Below, piece after piece: positions 61,021 to 64,000 of a stretch of 64,000 nucleotides of DNA. Within the stretch, counting starts at the first letter, position 1. Every line of letters begins with the position of its first letter. Origin of the DNA: the human T2T-CHM13v2.0 reference genome, Homo sapiens; assembly GCF_009914755.1 (NCBI RefSeq), contig NC_060942.1. One strand, given 5' to 3'. The notes below the pieces were generated by a model. It did no database searches. It worked only from the letters and a program-made list of their open reading frames with translations, and had not been told where the DNA came from. Position numbers and translations under genes: made by a program.

Positions 61021-63693
61021 TCTGTAAGAATAATACACTAATGTCCAGAATAAAAGAGCAGTTATTCCTTCTGTAGGGACCAAAAAGATTCCCTTCCCTG
61101 CTCCAGGGTCCAGAGAGACTGTGGGACTGACTGGCTTCCTCAGACCCTCTTCAGGTCTCTGAATAGTCCAAAGTCATTTTCGCACAAGAACTCTGGGACT
61201 TGGAATTAAATTTGGCCAAGGTGGAAACGCATCTTACCTCTGATTGGTCATTTCCTTCTGGGATTTCTTGTCTCCCAGTTCCTTTGGTCTTTCTGCAGTT
61301 GAGACTTCTATATCACACAGGTGAAATGTGACCAAATGTCAAATGAAAAATTGGGGCCTTTCACTCCTGGAAGCACCTTGCAGAATCCCTGCCACCACTT
61401 GTCATAGGCAGGCATGCAGTTGACTCCACCATGCAGAGCTGCACTCTTACAGCTTGGCCACACTTTCCTTTTTTCATGCACCATGGGTTTCTGCAGATCA
61501 CATCTCTCTGGACATACCCTCATGTGAGTGAATTTGGGTCACCTTCTCAGGACATGGGTAGTGGTCGTCCTGACTTCCTGGCCAGGCCTCTGCTTTTCAT
61601 AAAAGACCCCAACACCTCTACACAGAACTTAAACACTCTTCAAAGATGGTGGTTCCAATGACTCTGTGATTGACAAATCTTTCACCTTTCCTTGTGTTAC
61701 TACGCTCTCCTGTAATTCTGTGTTATACTTAATGCCACTGTTTGGTGAGGGAGAATTTTATGATGAATTGAAATCATTATAATTGTCAAGCATAAAACTG
61801 ACAATATCTGAAACACAAATAAGACACCCATCTCTGGACTGTGTTGAAAATTTTGAAAACCAACAATAACAACAACTTTGCTACAAGGAAAACTCTTTTT
61901 GATAAAAATAGTTATCAGTTACAATATTGTTTTATTTGCATGAAATTCTGGTTTATGCAGGAATCCACACCTACAGAACTCGTGCCCAGGTATGATTCAG
62001 CCACTAAGAGGGCTCACGTTCACTTTGATTACTTAGTTTATATCTTTTTTATTTGATTGAAAGTTGCTTCCCATAAAGAAAGAAATTTGCATGCAGCGAC
62101 CAAAGGATCAACCCAGTTACCTGATCCTTTCCATTAAGAGTTTACTTGTTTTACGTTGTGTTGTTAGACTCTGTCCATTAGTGGGAATGGTTCTGGGCAT
62201 CCTCTCTGGACTTGGGCTTATATTTCAGGCTCATGGCTGCTTGAGTGAGCTGTTTATGTTCAGTGTTAAGGAAGTCTGTGAAGAGATGTTTTTCCCCCAT
62301 AACCTTCTGATACAATCATCGACACAGAAACCCAATGCCATTTTTAGGAGAAAGTTGGAGTAAAGTAAACACTCAAAGTGGTTTCAGGAAGGTGAGTGCT
62401 CTGTCTCCCCCAGGAAGCTTCTCCCTCTTCTCTCACACGGGAGTCCAGCAGACCCACCGCCTACCTTGGGACATGTGTACAAAAGACAGATGAGGTTGCT
62501 ACTGAGAGGATGCTACTTTTGGTGTTGATTATAAACAGCATGGCAATTCATTTAGAAGCTAAAATTATAGAACAAAGCATCATCCTAACTATTGTCTACA
62601 AATATTTTTTACCTACCAGTGGCAGTAGGATAGACTTTACTACTCTTAGATCCTGTGGTCTCAGATGCATGCCTCTCAGATGGAGGTGTCTTGGTGGCAG
62701 AGTTGAGAACACTAGCCATCATTTCTGATCATTGTTAATAATCTTTAACACTAGCAAGAAGCTCTGCTATTGAGTTCCTCTCCTAGGAGACTGTCATTTA
62801 CACCTGATGGCCCTTGACGTCTCCATTTTTCCAGTTGTTACTCCAAGACAAGTAGATTCTCTTCACTGGTTGTTCTTCTCCCTAAGCCAGCAATCCTGCC
62901 CTCTTCTCTTTGTCCTTCTTCTCAGGCTCAAAGCAGACACCTGCACAGTCATGATATGGCAGCTGCTTCCTCCCTGAGCAAGAAGTGGGCTGGTGACAGC
63001 TCTGAGGCCACAAGCAACAGCTGAGAGGAAGGAGGGGATGGGAACCAACAGAGACAATGACAGAAAACCTGGCTTTAGAATGGAGCAAGTGACCAGAGAG
63101 CAAACATGTGCCGCAGGAGGTTTCAGTGAGTGTCTGGTTCAGTAACTTCCTCGTTCCAAAAGAAGGTGCTTAGCTCAGTGCCCACTTCAAGGTAAAAGTT
63201 GTTGAAATGCAAAAGTTGGAGAAAGGGATTCCTGTAGAGTGGCATTGCTGGCACTCAGAACTAATGAGAGGCTTCACAAAGAACCCGCAGAGAGAGCTTC
63301 TCCTTGGGGATGCCTTGTAGCATTGGGCTGGTAGACGCTGCATGAAGCCACGTGGCCAACAGGTAGGTGGGGGCTGAAATCCAGCCAGTTCCCTTCACCA
63401 AGCCTTGCACACCCCAGACATCTTTTTCTAATCTGTACCTGCGCTGGAGTGCATACACATGCAATTTTGGGGATTATCAGGGGCCCTGCTGACACTCACC
63501 TGAGATTGCAGAGTCCTGGGGAAAGAGATGGGCTACAGTGACTGGGCCAATGAGCAGCTGGGTGGGCTGGGAAGGAGTTGCCTGTGACCAGGGCCAGGTA
63601 GATACAGGCCTGCCCAAGGGCATGCTCTGGGGTTGAGGGGACCCCTCAGAAAAAGACTGGACATAGCCACTGGATGCCCAGAGGCGGACGGAA

Positions 63694-64000
63694 TTTTTCT
63701 TTCTTTCTTTTTTTATTATACTTTAAGTTCTGTGTTACATGTGCAGAACATGCAGTTTTGTTACATAGGTATACACATGCCCTGGTGGCTTGCTGCACCC
63801 ATCAACCCATCACCTACATTAGGGTATTTCTCCTAATGTTACCCCTAGCCTCCTACCCAATAGGCCCTGGTGTGTGATGTTCCCCTCCCTCTGTCCATGT
63901 GTTCTCATTGTTCAGCTCCCGCTTATAAGTGAAAACGTGCAGTATTTGGTTTTCTGTTTCTGTGTTAGTTTGCTAAGGATGATGGCCTCCAGCTCAATCC
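63694..64000 (-). mobile_element. L1PA (L1PA7/8-like) 3' end, runs off the window
   Basis: ttttattatactttaagttctg...catgtgcagaacatgcag...tgtgtgatgttcccctccct...tcattgttcagctccc. Confidence 0.92.

Noticed and set aside
57600-63690. THEMIS-family exons expected from PTPRK-THEMIS / Ptprm-Themis3 synteny
   Set aside because: I found no recognisable CABIT-domain translation by eye. Any remnant probably lies beyond the window; TBLASTN with mouse Themis3 would settle it.

Overview
Primate genomic DNA, almost certainly human. It is Alu/L1/MaLR-rich and matches the 3' end of PTPRM (receptor tyrosine phosphatase mu, 18p11). The window holds the last two PTPRM coding exons (1626-1761 and 13259-13312, end of the D2 domain), the 11.5-kb last intron and the 3'UTR. 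About 5 kb downstream is a full-length, disabled processed pseudogene of the E3 ligase COP1/RFWD2 (19156-21803), inserted with a target-site duplication (TSD) into an old L1. The remaining ~42 kb is intergenic and dominated by nested transposons. Nearly all ORFs in the supplied track are spurious. I found no convincing new biological system. The best leads are: (i) a ~2-kb unexplained insert with terminal-exon-like architecture splitting a MER113-like element (25287-27270); (ii) a stop-lost WD40 ORF in the COP1 retrocopy; (iii) three short locally templated insertions or duplications; (iv) candidate CTCF, AP-1 and PBX-HOX/MEIS sites. Repeat subfamily names and COP1 comparisons come from recalled consensus sequences and need confirmation with RepeatMasker/BLAST.
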